Of a stretch of DNA of 64,000 nucleotides, positions 47,844 through 57,618 are shown in pieces. Both the position numbers and the translations under genes were made by a program. Location of the stretch: the NCBI GenBank assembly GCA_965204535.1, contig CBDBEV010000001.1, positions 1,568,001 to 1,632,000 of the forward strand. Direction: 5' to 3'. Source of the stretch: a bacterium. Its GTDB lineage: Bacteria > UBA8248. How positions within the stretch are numbered: the stretch's first letter is position 1; every line of letters starts with the position of its first letter. The notes beneath the pieces were generated by a model, which was not told the DNA's origin, did no database searches, and saw nothing but the letters and a program-made list of their open reading frames with translations.

Positions 47844-49019
47844 ATGCCCGAAGCACCCGCGAACACGAACTGGTACACGTACTTTCCCGAGGACTACCGC
47901 TGGTCGGCCGCCATCTGCGGCATGGTGTCGAGCGCGCAGTGGGGCGGGACCGAGATCGGCGAGGTCGACAAGGTCTGCCGCCGCCTCTACAAGAAACTCG
48001 GCGACGACAACCTGTGGTTCCGCGAGTGGGACCGCATGGGCGACGTCGTGCGGGATCTGGGCCGCGCCGCCGAGCGCAAGAAGCGAAACCTCTCCGCCGC
48101 CTCCCACTACAAGCGCGCCACCTGCTACTACCAGATGGGCGAGCGCTTCCGGACGCCCAAGGACAAGCGCGCGGTCGCCACGTTCAAGAAATCGCTCGAC
48201 ACCTTCCGCCGCTTCGTGCGCCTGACGGACAGGCCCCGAATCGAGGCCGTGCAGGTTCCCTTCGAGGGCAGAAAAAAACTCCCCGGCTATCTCGTGCATG
48301 CGGAGAACACGCGGAAGAGAAAACCTCCCGTGGTGGTCTTCTTCGACGGGCTCGACGTGACCAAGGAGCTTCAGTTCACCCGCGGCGTGGAAGACCTCAT
48401 CCGGCGGGGCATGAGCTGTCTGGTGATGGACGGCCCCGGCACGGGCGAGGCCATCCGTCTGCGCAACATCTACCTGCGCCCCGATTACGAGGTCGCAGGC
48501 TCGGCCGCGCTCGATTATCTCGAAACGAGAAACGACGTGGATGCCAAGAACGCCGGCGTCATGGCGGTCAGCCTGGGCGGCTACTATGCGCCGCGCATCG
48601 CCAGCATGGAGCACCGCTACAAGGCATGCCTGGCCTGGGGGGCGATATGGGACTACTACGCTACCTGGAAAAAGCGCATCGAGGCGTCCTTCAAGGCGGA
48701 GCTCTCCGTTCCGGGCCATCACATCCAGTGGATCCTGAACGCCGACTCGCTCGACGACGCCCTGGTCAAGCTCGAGGGCTTCCGGCTCGACGGCGTCGTG
48801 CAGAACATGCGCTGTCCCTTCCTCGTCACGCACGGAGCGGACGACAAGCAGATTCCGCTCCGGGACGCCAAGGCGCTCTATAACGCCGTGGGCTCCAAGG
48901 ACAAGACGCTCAAGGTCTTCACCGTGAAGGAAGGCGGCTCCCAGCACTGCCAGCGCGACAACTACGCCATCGGCACGGCCTACATGTTCGACTGGCTCCA
49001 GGAGAAGCTCTGCGGGTAG
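47844..49019 (+). CDS. Alpha/beta hydrolase, 2,6-dihydropseudooxynicotine hydrolase/FrsA-like (paralog 1)
   Basis: DGLDVTKE, DGPGTGE, SLGGYYAPR, HCQ.DN. Confidence 0.82.
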   Translation: MPEAPANTNWYTYFPEDYRWSAAICGMVSSAQWGGTEIGEVDKVCRRLYKKLGDDNLWFREWDRMGDVVRDLGRAAERKKRNLSAASHYKRATCYYQMGERFRTPKDKRAVATFKKSLDTFRRFVRLTDRPRIEAVQVPFEGRKKLPGYLVHAENTRKRKPPVVVFFDGLDVTKELQFTRGVEDLIRRGMSCLVMDGPGTGEAIRLRNIYLRPDYEVAGSAALDYLETRNDVDAKNAGVMAVSLGGYYAPRIASMEHRYKACLAWGAIWDYYATWKKRIEASFKAELSVPGHHIQWILNADSLDDALVKLEGFRLDGVVQNMRCPFLVTHGADDKQIPLRDAKALYNAVGSKDKTLKVFTVKEGGSQHCQRDNYAIGTAYMFDWLQEKLCG

Positions 49020-49050
49020 GAGGGGATGTTCGCGTGATGCGGTGGTGGCT

Positions 49051-49123
49051 GTAGGGACAGGCCCCCGTGCCTGTCCTGCCTTCGTGTTTGCCTGTGTAGG
49101 GACAGGTCGCGACCTGTCCCTAC
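49051..49123. repeat. GTAG-type REP palindromes
   Basis: Perfect 28-bp palindrome GTAGGGACAGGTCGCGACCTGTCCCTAC at 49096-49123; variants at 49051, 50501, 40564, 40622, ~45391. Confidence 0.8.
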
Positions 49124-49145
49124 TGGGATGGCGAACAAATCGGAA

Positions 49146-49299
49146 CCACTCCCCCCTTGAGGGGGAGTCGGTGAGGTGAGGGGGTATTTACCCGAAACCG
49201 AACCGGTGGGGGGAGATTTTTTCTGTGGCATGTCCCCCCACCACATCGGCCTTCGTCCAAAGGACTCGGCCTCTGTGACTCCCCCTCAAGGGGGGAGTT
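49146..49299. repeat. Palindromic REP-like element (CCCCCTTGAGGGGG family)
   Basis: CACTCCCCCCTTGAGGGGGAGTC...GACTCCCCCTCAAGGGGGGAGT; supplies the stop codon of the 49286 gene. Confidence 0.8.
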
Positions 49300-50116
49300 T
49301 ATTAGCAAATGACAACAACTTCCCTTCTTCATCACGTGCTGCTGTCAATTGTGCTGTCTCGCAAATCGCCTTCCACGCCCAATTAGCAAATGCCCACTGT
49401 GGCGGCAAAATAATCCAGCCGTCTTTGTCGTCGCCAACCGCCGTAAAGTTTCCTGCCACAATGCAGAGCGCAGTTAACGCGCAAACGAAAGCCGCTCGGT
49501 CATCGTGGTTTTTAATTTCATCTATATTTTGTGCCCACCTCCGGCCGCCCAAGAACTTCTCGACAAACTGGTCAAGCTGTTGGTGTTTCGACAAGTGAGC
49601 AAAAAAGATATCTGACTTTTGTTTGTTCTTTGGTCGATTTAACGAAGCCGGGTGCTTGAGCATTACTCCAAGAAAAGTCGTCGGAAAGGCTTCGACAATC
49701 GCACATTCGTCTATCCGTACCTTGTGATTCGCCTTCCTGACACGACAGTGTTTTTTTAGGGCTATCGCTGACTTGTTTGCCTGATCATTGAGTTTCTTTC
49801 CATTCGGCGTACTGGATTGCCCTGGTTTGCCAACTTTTTTCGTAAGTTCTCCCCGACTGAGAAGCCGCTCGGCGCCACGATAACGATCAACCTCATCAAA
49901 TTTGGGACGAAGGGGACCATCTATAGCGACTGCAAGTAGCATACGATTGTCCACGACATCCATGATCGCTTCCTCACGATCGGAATCGAGCGCACGGAAC
50001 CTCTGGATTTCCCATTTAACTTCTTCACGGCTCCAGGAAAGACGACAAACAGCGCTCGACTTCCTTTTCTTTGACCAGCCTACATCTATTCCGAGCACGC
50101 TACCTCTAGCGTTCAT
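49286..50116 (-). CDS. DUF429-like protein (predicted RNase H-fold nuclease)
   Basis: LGIDVGW, VAIDGPL, R.AER.L, VEAFP, DDRAA...A, GWIILP. Confidence 0.75.
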   Translation of the reverse strand: MNARGSVLGIDVGWSKKRKSSAVCRLSWSREEVKWEIQRFRALDSDREEAIMDVVDNRMLLAVAIDGPLRPKFDEVDRYRGAERLLSRGELTKKVGKPGQSSTPNGKKLNDQANKSAIALKKHCRVRKANHKVRIDECAIVEAFPTTFLGVMLKHPASLNRPKNKQKSDIFFAHLSKHQQLDQFVEKFLGGRRWAQNIDEIKNHDDRAAFVCALTALCIVAGNFTAVGDDKDGWIILPPQWAFANWAWKAICETAQLTAARDEEGKLLSFANKLPP

Positions 50117-50159
50117 CAGACACCTCTTACGTGTTTATGGTTTATTTCTATATTGCGTT

Positions 50160-50390
50160 TCACTCACGCATCGGCTCGCGCGGCGGCAACTCCAACTCGA
50201 CACCGCCGAAGGGCTTGAACCGTTCGTGGATCGCCGTCCCCAAGCCCTTCACGGGCACTTCTTCCCGACCGACGGCCTCGCGCAGGATCACCCGCGCTTC
50301 TTCTTCCATCGAGCGGCCGTTCTCCGCCGCACGCACGCGAAGGCGCGTTTTCACGTCGTCGTCGAGATTGCGGATCGTGATGCTCGCCAT
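50160..50390 (-). CDS. FitA/StbC-like ribbon-helix-helix antitoxin (orphan)
   Basis: MASITIRNLDDDVKTRLRVRAAENGRSMEEEARVIL. Confidence 0.88.
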   Translation of the reverse strand: MASITIRNLDDDVKTRLRVRAAENGRSMEEEARVILREAVGREEVPVKGLGTAIHERFKPFGGVELELPPREPMRE

Positions 50391-50704
50391 GGCTATGCTC
50401 TCCTTTTCCACCTGTTTCTAACCTGTTCAACAATTGAAATGCAATCAAACGTAAGGAGAAACCAATTCCGGTAATACTGACCTCAAAAGGCTGCTTTATA
50501 AGGACAGGTCGCGACCTGTCCCTGCACCCATGACGCAAAGAACAGCGCTGTGATATATTTCCCGCCACTGGAACAACGATACGAGGAAGCCCGAATTTCG
50601 AAGAACGCACGGATAGAAGAATCCGTTTTTCTCGATTTTCCCGCGCCATCCCTCAAAATGATACGTGCACGATAATCTTCTACTTCTCGCAAGGAGAACG
50701 CCTC

Positions 50705-51889
50705 ATGGCAAAAGCAGCAAAAGCCGTCCGCAAGGAACCGTGGTTCGCGTATTTTCCCGATGACTACCGCTGGTCCGCCGGCGTGGGCATCGCCTATTCC
50801 ACATCCTATTGGGGTTCGTCCACGATGGGCGAGGTCGACAGGGTCTGCCGCAAGCTGAAGGGCAAGATAGGCGACGACGACGCCTGGTTCGCCGAATGGG
50901 TGAGCGAGGCCGACAGGATGCGCGCCTTGGGGCTCGCCGCCGCGCGGAAAAAGAACGACCTCTCCGCCGCCGCCTTCTTCAAGCGCGCGTGTTTCTACTA
51001 TCAGCTCGGCGAGCGTTTCCGCACACCCAAGGACAAGGCGGCGAACGCCGCGTACCGCAAATCGCTGGACAGCTTCAAGCGCTTCGCCGCGCTCACGGAC
51101 GCTCCGCGCATCGAGCACGTGGAGATCCCCTTCGAGGGCAAAAAGACGCTGCCGGGCGTCCTCATTCACGCGCAGAACACGAGAAAGAGAAAACCGCCCG
51201 TGGTGGTTTCTTTCGACGGTTTCGACGTTTCGAAGGAGATTCAATACATCCTGGGCGCGGAAGACCTCGTGCGCCGGGGGATGAGCGTGCTCGCCGTGGA
51301 CGCGCCCGGAAACGGGGAAGCCATCCGCTTCAGGAAGCTCTACCTGCGCCACGATCATGAAACCGCGGGCGCCGCGGCCCTCGATTATCTCGAATCCAGA
51401 AACGACGTGGACGCCAAGCGCGCCGGCGTCATGGCGATCAGCCTGGGCGGCTACTACGCGCCCCGAAACGCGAGCATGGAGCACCGCTTCAAGGCGTGCG
51501 TGGCCTGGGGGGCGATCTGGGACTACCAGCGGGTGTGGCGCGACAGAATCGCCGCCGCCTACAAGACGGCCCTCTCGGTTCCCGGACATCACCTGGAGTG
51601 GATTTTCAACCTCGACTCCACCGAGGAGTGCTTAGATGTCCTCGCGGACTTCAAGCTCGAGGGCGTGGTGCAGAACATGCGCTGCCCGTTCCTGCTGATT
51701 CACGGGGAAGGCGACCAGCAGATCCCCCTCGCAGACGCGAAAAGGCTCTTCAACGCCTCGGGCTCCAAAGACAAGACGCTCCGAATCGTCAAGGGGACCG
51801 AAACGGGCGCCCAGCACTGCCAGATGGACAACGTGCCCCCCTACGCGCACGAGATTTTCGACTGGCTGAAGCTGAAGCTGGGCGCCTAG
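50705..51889 (+). CDS. Alpha/beta hydrolase, 2,6-dihydropseudooxynicotine hydrolase/FrsA-like (paralog 2)
   Basis: Colinear paralog of 47844..49019; SLGGYYAPR, HCQMDN. Confidence 0.82.
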   Translation: MAKAAKAVRKEPWFAYFPDDYRWSAGVGIAYSTSYWGSSTMGEVDRVCRKLKGKIGDDDAWFAEWVSEADRMRALGLAAARKKNDLSAAAFFKRACFYYQLGERFRTPKDKAANAAYRKSLDSFKRFAALTDAPRIEHVEIPFEGKKTLPGVLIHAQNTRKRKPPVVVSFDGFDVSKEIQYILGAEDLVRRGMSVLAVDAPGNGEAIRFRKLYLRHDHETAGAAALDYLESRNDVDAKRAGVMAISLGGYYAPRNASMEHRFKACVAWGAIWDYQRVWRDRIAAAYKTALSVPGHHLEWIFNLDSTEECLDVLADFKLEGVVQNMRCPFLLIHGEGDQQIPLADAKRLFNASGSKDKTLRIVKGTETGAQHCQMDNVPPYAHEIFDWLKLKLGA

Positions 51890-52142
51890 CGGGACCGGAC
51901 GCATACTTTCCTTCACAGCCCGCTGCGGCGTCCCGACTCTCTCGCGGGAGGATCGGGACGCCGCAGTGAACGCTTTTCCGCCGGGCGCTCTTCATGGACG
52001 AGCCGTGCGTTCGCGGAACCGGCGAAACGCCGGTTGACCTGAGCGGCGCTTATCGTCATTACAATGAATGCACGGGCGTGCGCCCAGCCGGAAGCGGCCT
52101 GAGCCGACAGAAAAACATATCGAACAAGGGGGCGGAGCCGAC

Positions 52143-52928
52143 ATGAGCTATGAAAACGTACGCACCGAGATGGACGGTGAGTTGCTGATCGTCACGCTGC
52201 ACCGGCCCGAGAAGCGAAACGCCATGACCCACCAGATGCGGGTCGACCTGCTCGACTGCGCCCGCCGCGCCGAGACCGACGACGCCGTGAAGGCCATCGT
52301 CTTCACCGGACATGGAGAGAAGTCGTTTTCCGCCGGCGCCAACATCCCCGAACTCGAACAGCGCACGCTGGTGTCCGAGATGGGCCCCTCGGCGACGCTG
52401 CGCAAGGAGTTGCCGACCGCCATCGAGCGCCTCGGCAAGCCGACCGTGGCCGCGATCAACGGCTATTGCTTCGGCGCAGGTCTTGAATTCTCGATGGGCT
52501 GCACGATCCGCATCGCGAGCGAAAACGCCCTGCTCGGGCTGCCGGAGATCAACTTCGGCCAGATCCCCGGCAGCGGCGGCACGCAGCGCCTCTACCGGTT
52601 CGTGGGGCTGGGCTGGGCCATGCAGATGATCCTGACGGGGCAGCGCGTCAACGCCGAGACCGCGCGCGAAATCGGCCTCGTCACCGAAGTCCTGCCGCTG
52701 GCCGACCTCATGCCCCGCGCGAAGGAGCTGGCGCGCCTGCTCGGGGCGCAGGCCCCCATGGCGTTCGTCGCCGGGCGCGACGCCGTCCTGCGCTCCACGG
52801 AAACCGAGCTTCTGGCGGGCATCGACTTTGAGCGAAAACTCTACGCCATCTGCATGGCGACCGAGGACAGCCGCGAGGCGCTGAAGGCCTACGCCGAAAA
52901 GCGCGCGCCCGAGTACAAGGGCCGCTGA
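52143..52928 (+). CDS. Enoyl-CoA hydratase/isomerase
   Basis: RPEKRNA, FSAGANI, AINGYCFGAGLE, LPEI...PGSGGTQRL. Confidence 0.92.
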   Translation: MSYENVRTEMDGELLIVTLHRPEKRNAMTHQMRVDLLDCARRAETDDAVKAIVFTGHGEKSFSAGANIPELEQRTLVSEMGPSATLRKELPTAIERLGKPTVAAINGYCFGAGLEFSMGCTIRIASENALLGLPEINFGQIPGSGGTQRLYRFVGLGWAMQMILTGQRVNAETAREIGLVTEVLPLADLMPRAKELARLLGAQAPMAFVAGRDAVLRSTETELLAGIDFERKLYAICMATEDSREALKAYAEKRAPEYKGR

Positions 52929-52942
52929 TTCCGGGATCGCGC

Positions 52943-54556
52943 ATGAAACCTTCTCTTCTGGACCAGGATAAAATCGAGTCCTATCTCGCCGCAGGCTACT
53001 GGACGCGCGAGACGATAGTGGAGCGATACGCCGCCTATGCGCGTGATTACCCCGGGAAAATCGCCTGCCGCGATTCGCAAGAGGAGATCACCTGGCGGGG
53101 GCTGGATGAACTCACCGACCGCATCGCCGCGAACCTGATCGCGCGGGGAATCGAGCGCGACGCCCGCGCCCTGGTGCAGATGGCGTCCTCGAACCGCGAG
53201 ATTGTCTTGCGCATCGCGTTCAAGAAAGCGGGAATCATCGGCTGTTTCGCCCCCATGCAGTGGCGAATCAAGGAACTGGGCTACGCCTTTCGGGAACTCA
53301 AGCCTTCCGTCATCTTCGCCTCGCCTAAACCTGGGGATGATGGAGTAGAAACTTGGCTGGACGAGACGGCAGGCGGAGCCGCACAGGCGCTTCTCGTCGA
53401 TCTCTCAGGAGTTTCTCCCGAGGGTTGGCTGCCCTGGGCCGGGCTGACCAGGCCGCCTGAGAACGCGGGAGCGATGGAGGAAATCGCCGCCCGGGCTTTC
53501 CGCTTCGATGAGATTTCCATGATCACGGTCTCGAGCGGCTCCAGCGGCTTTTCGAAGCTTTGCGAATGGCCCGAAGGGGCGCAGATGTGTCTCGCCCGCG
53601 CAAACGGCGCGCGATTGTCTATCGGCGAGGAGGACAACATCGGCGTTTTCGCGCCGATGGCGGGGGGCGCGGGGCTGCTGGTCTGGGTGACGTCGGGGAT
53701 GACGCCGTGCGCCTTCACGTTCCCCGAATCCTATAACGCGCGCGCGTTGCTCTCGCTCATCGAGAGCGCCGGGATCACCGTGGCGACGACCGTGCCCGTC
53801 ATCCTGAACCGCCTGGCACAGGAAGATTTAGGCGCCTTCGATCTGCGTTCGCTGCGCGCCATACGGGTCGGCACGGCGGCGGCGGATTTGGACGCGGCGC
53901 GCCATGTGGAAAGCCTCACCGATTGCCGCGTCGTGGTCGCGGCGGGCAGCATGGAAACCCCCGGCTTCGCGCACGCGGATTTCAACGATCCCGCCGCGCT
54001 CAGGCTGAACGGCAGCGTCGGTTTGCCGCACCGGGGATGCCGCTGGCGAATCGAGGATGAGGACGGAAACGCGCTGCCCCGGGGGAGCGTCGGCCACTTC
54101 AAGCTCTCGGCCCCTTACGCGTCTTCGGGCTACTGGAAGGACCCGGAAGGCACGAGAGCGGTCTGGTCGGATGGCTGGAACGCGACCGGCGACATCGCGG
54201 CCATCGACGAGGACGGCCGCTTGCGGCTTCTGGGCCGCAGCAAGGAGGTCATCAACCGCAGCGGCCAGAAGATACTGCCGGTCGAGGTCGAGCGTGAGAT
54301 CGCCAAACACCCCGACGTCTTCGAGTGCGCCGTCGTCGCAGCGCCCGACCCCGAATACGGCGAGGCGCCCTGGGCGTTCGTACAGCCCCACGAGGGCAGG
54401 AGCCTCGACCCGGAAGTTCTGGCCGAGGCGCTCAGAACGAGCGGACTCGCCACCTACAAGATACCGACGCGGTTCATCGAACTCGGCGAATTCCCCCGCG
54501 TCGCGAGCGACAAGATCGACAAGAAGGCGCTGCTGCAAATGGCGCCCGCGGAATAG
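52943..54556 (+). CDS. AMP-dependent acyl/aryl-CoA ligase
   Basis: SSGSSGFSK loop, GSME, TGD, GRSKEVINR.GQKI.P.EVE, KIDK. Confidence 0.88.
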   Translation: MKPSLLDQDKIESYLAAGYWTRETIVERYAAYARDYPGKIACRDSQEEITWRGLDELTDRIAANLIARGIERDARALVQMASSNREIVLRIAFKKAGIIGCFAPMQWRIKELGYAFRELKPSVIFASPKPGDDGVETWLDETAGGAAQALLVDLSGVSPEGWLPWAGLTRPPENAGAMEEIAARAFRFDEISMITVSSGSSGFSKLCEWPEGAQMCLARANGARLSIGEEDNIGVFAPMAGGAGLLVWVTSGMTPCAFTFPESYNARALLSLIESAGITVATTVPVILNRLAQEDLGAFDLRSLRAIRVGTAAADLDAARHVESLTDCRVVVAAGSMETPGFAHADFNDPAALRLNGSVGLPHRGCRWRIEDEDGNALPRGSVGHFKLSAPYASSGYWKDPEGTRAVWSDGWNATGDIAAIDEDGRLRLLGRSKEVINRSGQKILPVEVEREIAKHPDVFECAVVAAPDPEYGEAPWAFVQPHEGRSLDPEVLAEALRTSGLATYKIPTRFIELGEFPRVASDKIDKKALLQMAPAE

Positions 54557-54586
54557 AAGCAACGCTACCGAAACGATAGGAGAACT

Positions 54587-55390
54587 TTGGCGATGACACA
54601 CGGCGAAGACTTACACGGCGCCAGTTTCGACGGCTTCACGGTCGAGATAGACGCCGAACAACAGCGCGGCGACATCATTCTCGACCGCGGTGAGATGAAC
54701 ACGATCAGCATGGGCCAGCGCGAGGAGCTGCGCGCCGTATTCGAGAACCTGGACCTCGACGAGCGCGTGCGCGTCATCGTGCTGCGCGCCACCGGGCCCA
54801 ACTTCTCCTCGGGCGGGTTCATCCGCGGCTTCATGGAGGCCTCGCCCGAGCACGTCTCGAAACTGGCGGACAACATCGCCGCGCCGACGCGGTGCGAGAA
54901 GCCGACCATCGCCGCCAACCGCGGCTATTGCTTCGGCGTGGGCTTCGAGATCTCTTTAGCCTGTGATTTCCGTATCGCCTCAGAGACGGCGCTCTATGCT
55001 CTCCCCGAGCAGCGCCTGGGGCAGATTCCGGGTTCGGGCGGCTCGGCGCGCCTGCAGAAGATGATCGGCATCACGCGGACGAAGCACATCGTCATGCGCT
55101 CAAAACGCATCGGCGGCAGCCTGGCTTATGATTGGGGGGTCGTCACCGAGGTCGTGCCGGACGATGAGCTCGAAGCGGCCACAGACGCCCTGGTGGCCGA
55201 GCTTTGCGGGTTCGCCCCGCTCGCGCAGCGAACGGCCAAGCGCCTGCTCAACGAAACCGAAGACACCTTCCTGTCCCTGGGCATCCAGCTCGAGGGTCAT
55301 TGCTACTCGCGGCTTCGCCAGTCGGATGATTTCAAAGAAGGCGTGGAGGCTTTCCACGAGAAGCGCAAACCGAACTTCAGGGGGAGTTGA
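54587..55390 (+). CDS. hmfE: Crotonase-family protein, 2-oxoglutaroyl-CoA hydrolase (HmfE-like)
   Basis: DGFTVEID, EASPEHVS, AANRGYCFGVGFE, YALPEQ.LGQIPGSGGSARLQKM, LEGHCYSRLR closely match HmfE as I recall it. Confidence 0.7.
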   Translation: MAMTHGEDLHGASFDGFTVEIDAEQQRGDIILDRGEMNTISMGQREELRAVFENLDLDERVRVIVLRATGPNFSSGGFIRGFMEASPEHVSKLADNIAAPTRCEKPTIAANRGYCFGVGFEISLACDFRIASETALYALPEQRLGQIPGSGGSARLQKMIGITRTKHIVMRSKRIGGSLAYDWGVVTEVVPDDELEAATDALVAELCGFAPLAQRTAKRLLNETEDTFLSLGIQLEGHCYSRLRQSDDFKEGVEAFHEKRKPNFRGS

Positions 55391-55455
55391 GGGGGTTTCG
55401 GACAACTCTTTTTCGTGAATCTCCCCGGCTTCCAAGTGCGCCGTCTCCCCCCATT

Positions 55456-55664
55456 GGGGCTGTTGAAAAAGCCTTTGTCAAAGGAACAACCCCCCCTACC
55501 CCCCCTTGTCAGGGGGGTATAAAAAGGCGATACGCCCCCGCCGGATTGAGGGGGCTTTGCTTTTTCTTGCCCCCCTGACAAGGGGGGGTAGGGGGGGGTG
55601 CCTTTATGGGGTTTCCCTTTCAGAGGATTGCCATTCCCCTCTCAGGGGGTTTTCCAACAGCTCC
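55456..55664. mobile_element. MITE with IS1182-type ends and 4-bp target duplication
   Basis: GGGGCTGTTGAAAAA...TTTTCCAACAGCTCC flanked by CATT at 55452-55455 and 55665-55668; internal CTTGTCAG/CTGACAAG palindrome. Confidence 0.8.
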
Positions 55665-55765
55665 CATTCAACCGGGCGTTTCGTGCCACGCTAATCGTTT
55701 TGTGGTATATTGCCCGCACATCTCGTACATGAAGTTTCCGGTACGGGCGCCATCCCGAAAGACGG

Positions 55766-56278
55766 TTGGCCCGCAAGGTTTTCTCAGACCAATGGGGGGA
55801 GATCGTCATGATAGGTCCCATGCACCATTCCAGCAGAACGGTTTCGGACATCGAAAGGTCCATCGCGTTTTACCGCGACACCCTGGGCTTCGAGGTGGTG
55901 GAGGACATCTCCTCCGACGAGGAGGGTATCCAGTACGCCTCGACCACGCCCGAGAGCAAGCTCCGCATCGTCATGCTCCAGGCGGGCGGCGCGGTCGTGG
56001 AGCTCATCCAGTTCCTGAAAGCGGAGGGGAAACCCTACGACAACCCGCCGGCGCTGAACGACGTGGGCAGCAGCCACATCGCCTTCGAGCCCGAAGACAT
56101 GGACGCCGCCTATGAGGAGCTCGTGGCCAAGGGCGTGCGGTTCGCCACCCCGCCCCAGGTGACGTGGCGCGGCCCGGGCCGCTACTGGCGGGCCGCCATT
56201 TTCTACGATCCGGACGGCTTCGATCTGGCGCTGTTCAAAATGTATGAGGGAGAACCCGCCGAGGCCGTCTCCGGCTGA
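55766..56278 (+). CDS. VOC/glyoxalase family protein (alternative start 55808)
   Basis: HHSSRTVSDIERSIAFYRDTLGF, VELIQF, HIAF, YDPDG. Confidence 0.88.
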   Translation: MARKVFSDQWGEIVMIGPMHHSSRTVSDIERSIAFYRDTLGFEVVEDISSDEEGIQYASTTPESKLRIVMLQAGGAVVELIQFLKAEGKPYDNPPALNDVGSSHIAFEPEDMDAAYEELVAKGVRFATPPQVTWRGPGRYWRAAIFYDPDGFDLALFKMYEGEPAEAVSG

Positions 56279-56307
56279 GTCCGAAACCTTATGGAGGGAA
56301 CGACGCC

Positions 56308-57081
56308 ATGATGCTGAGCGACCTGACCTGGATGGAAATCCGCGACCTGATTCCCCAAAACCCCGTCATCATCCAGCCCGTGGGCTCGACCGAGCAGCAC
56401 GGCCCGCACCTGCCGGTTCAGGTGGACATATCGAGCGCGTTCGAGGTCGCGAAAGCCGTCGGCGACCGCACTGGCTGCCTCGTCGCACCGCCGCTTCCCT
56501 ACGGTTACTCCGAAGTCTGGGAGAATTTCCCCGGCACCATCAGCTTCACGGTCGATACATTTATGGCCTGCGTCGCCGAGATCACCGAAAGCCTCGTGCG
56601 CAACGGCTTCAAGCGGATTTTCTTCCTGAACGGCCACAACCCCAACCTGCCCCTGCTCCAGACCATGATGTTCAAGCTCATGGACCGCTACGGCAGGGAC
56701 GGAGACAAGCTCATCGTCGCGGGTAGCTACTTCATGGTGGACAAGGAAACCTGCGACGCCATCGGCGACAACTTCCGCGAGGGCACCCATGCGAACGAGT
56801 TCGAGACGGCCTTCATGATGCACATCCGACCGGACATGGTGCACGTCGACCGCCTGGGCGACTGGGAGTACAAGCCCGAACTCGTGCTCTCCTATATGCA
56901 CGGGGTGACCTCGGTGGTGCGCCTGCCCGACAGCCGGGTGCACAACGGCGTCTACGGCGACCCGCGCAGGGCCACGCCGGAGAAGGGCCGCCAGTACTTC
57001 GAGGCCTGCGTGAACAAGGTGGTCGAGATCGTCGAGAACTTCAACCCGGATTACTTCGGAATCCAGGAAGTCTACACCTAG
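56308..57081 (+). CDS. Creatininase family amidohydrolase
   Basis: PVGSTEQHGPHLP..VD, FPGTIS, NGH..N, HANEFET, ATPEKG. Confidence 0.92.
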   Translation: MMLSDLTWMEIRDLIPQNPVIIQPVGSTEQHGPHLPVQVDISSAFEVAKAVGDRTGCLVAPPLPYGYSEVWENFPGTISFTVDTFMACVAEITESLVRNGFKRIFFLNGHNPNLPLLQTMMFKLMDRYGRDGDKLIVAGSYFMVDKETCDAIGDNFREGTHANEFETAFMMHIRPDMVHVDRLGDWEYKPELVLSYMHGVTSVVRLPDSRVHNGVYGDPRRATPEKGRQYFEACVNKVVEIVENFNPDYFGIQEVYT

Positions 57082-57120
57082 GGCCGGGGGCACAAGGCGG
57101 GGGCGGCGATTCGGCTCACC

Positions 57121-57414
57121 TCACGCCGGTTGCGGCTCGTAGCGCTCCACCTCGATTTCATCCTCGCGCTCAAGCGCCCGGGCGATGTCGTACGCCGTCT
57201 GAAGGCGTATCCAGGTCTCCGTCGTGGAGCCGAATGCCTTGGCGAGGCGTATCGCCATCTCCGACGACACCCGCGCCCGCCCGTTCACCAGGTTCGAAAG
57301 CGCCTGGCGGCTGACGCCCAGCACCTTGGCGCCTTCGGTCACGCTCAAGCCAAGCGGCTCCAGACAGGAGACGCGCACGACCTTGCCGGGATGCGGCGGA
57401 TTCTTCATGGGCAT
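57121..57414 (-). CDS. higA: HigA family antitoxin (orphan)
   Basis: MKNPPHPG...[23 protein letters not shown]...[11 protein letters not shown]...WIRLQ..YD. Confidence 0.9.
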   Translation of the reverse strand: MPMKNPPHPGKVVRVSCLEPLGLSVTEGAKVLGVSRQALSNLVNGRARVSSEMAIRLAKAFGSTTETWIRLQTAYDIARALEREDEIEVERYEPQPA

Positions 57415-57618
57415 GGTGGGTCCTCCTTCATTCAATGATAGTCGATCTGTCAAGCGATACTTGTCAATCGCTCTTTGGAGTCGGAGTATTCTTCACGTAG
57501 GTCTAGGAGAGGCGGGCTTGCTTTACCAAGCCGGAGGGATTCATGTATGTCGTTCTTTGGACCGTTACCTGCAGGCGCGGATTTTCGGGAGACCGCGTGT
57601 TGGTCACGGTAGTGGTCG

